The notes beneath the pieces are model-generated. The model was not told the DNA's origin. It was given only the letters and a program-made list of their open reading frames with translations, and did not search any database. A stretch of DNA of 64,000 bases from Oscillospiraceae bacterium (GTDB lineage: Bacteria > Bacillota > Clostridia > Oscillospirales > Ruminococcaceae): the NCBI GenBank assembly GCA_017465665.1, contig JAFTVU010000069.1, positions 1,235 through 65,234 on the forward strand, in the 5' to 3' direction. The position numbers and the translations under genes were made by a program. Of the stretch, positions 63,636 through 64,000 are shown in pieces; positions within the stretch are counted from its first letter, which is position 1, and every line of letters starts with the position of its first letter.

Positions 63636-64000
63636 CGTACTCACCTCCAAGCGAACGGAAATCCTCGAAGAATGTGGGATAGGATTTTGCAACGCATTCA
63701 GCGTCAGTGATAATAAGCTTATCCGTGCAGCGCTGGGAAGCTATCGCAAGCGACATTGCGATACGGTGATCGTTATAGCTGCTGCAGATGCCGCCTGTAA
63801 GCTCAGTTACGCCTGTTATCTCAAGCTCGTCATCAACTATCGTTACGTTTGCTCCAAGCGAATTAAGAACAGTGGATATGCTTTCAAGTCGGTCACTTTC
63901 CTTGATTCTGAGGCGCTTACAGCCGCGTATATGAGAAACTCCGTCAGCAAAAGCGGCAAGCACTGTAAGTATCGGAACGAGATCGGGGATATCGGTGGCA
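63619..64000 (-). CDS. aroA: EPSP synthase, 3' part
   Basis: DIPDLVP, LRIKESDR, NDHRIAM, KSYPTF. Confidence 0.95.
   Translation of the reverse strand, partial: ATDIPDLVPILTVLAAFADGVSHIRGCKRLRIKESDRLESISTVLNSLGANVTIVDDELEITGVTELTGGICSSYNDHRIAMSLAIASQRCTDKLIITDAECVAKSYPTFFEDFRSLGGEYDVVII

Overview
Chromosomal window from a spore-forming, dockerin-encoding Clostridia, probably Ruminococcus/Oscillospiraceae-like (inferred from spoIIGA-sigE-sigG, yunB, spoVT and a dockerin protein). The right ~38 kb is mostly housekeeping: tsaA, an EF-G/TetM-like GTPase-NYN fusion, an acpS-like gene, proBA, pheST, ABC-F, a heterodimeric ABC exporter, pnuC, a degenerate P-type ATPase with DUF368, spoIIGA-sigE-sigG, prfC, prfA, sua5, coaE, an M18 aminopeptidase, yunB, ligA, aroC and aroA. 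The left ~26 kb looks like an integrated, skin-like element. It has a large serine recombinase at the left edge (1..1629, missing from the ORF track) and is bounded on the right by the 5' part of spoVT, which breaks off after ...EGDP at an imperfect dyad resembling a serine-integrase att site (~26075). Its cargo is a Ca-type P-ATPase, a 1876-aa beta-helix/dockerin protein with a divergent sugar-sensor-LytTR regulator, a ribose operon broken by an rbsA-rbsC deletion, an AraC/GH29/GH2 module, an orphan solute-binding lipoprotein and several gene remnants. Best leads: (1) a recombinase-split forespore gene spoVT with a candidate forespore-sigma-driven directionality factor; (2) two tandem ~127-bp, covarying, almost fully structured elements inserted at the -10 box of the prfA-operon promoter; (3) two apparent pseudo-enzymes (P-type ATPase, AcpS) and a DUF368 with a CBM2-like insert; (4) a candidate attenuator/riboswitch upstream of pnuC. 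All calls come from reading the sequence; no database searches were run.
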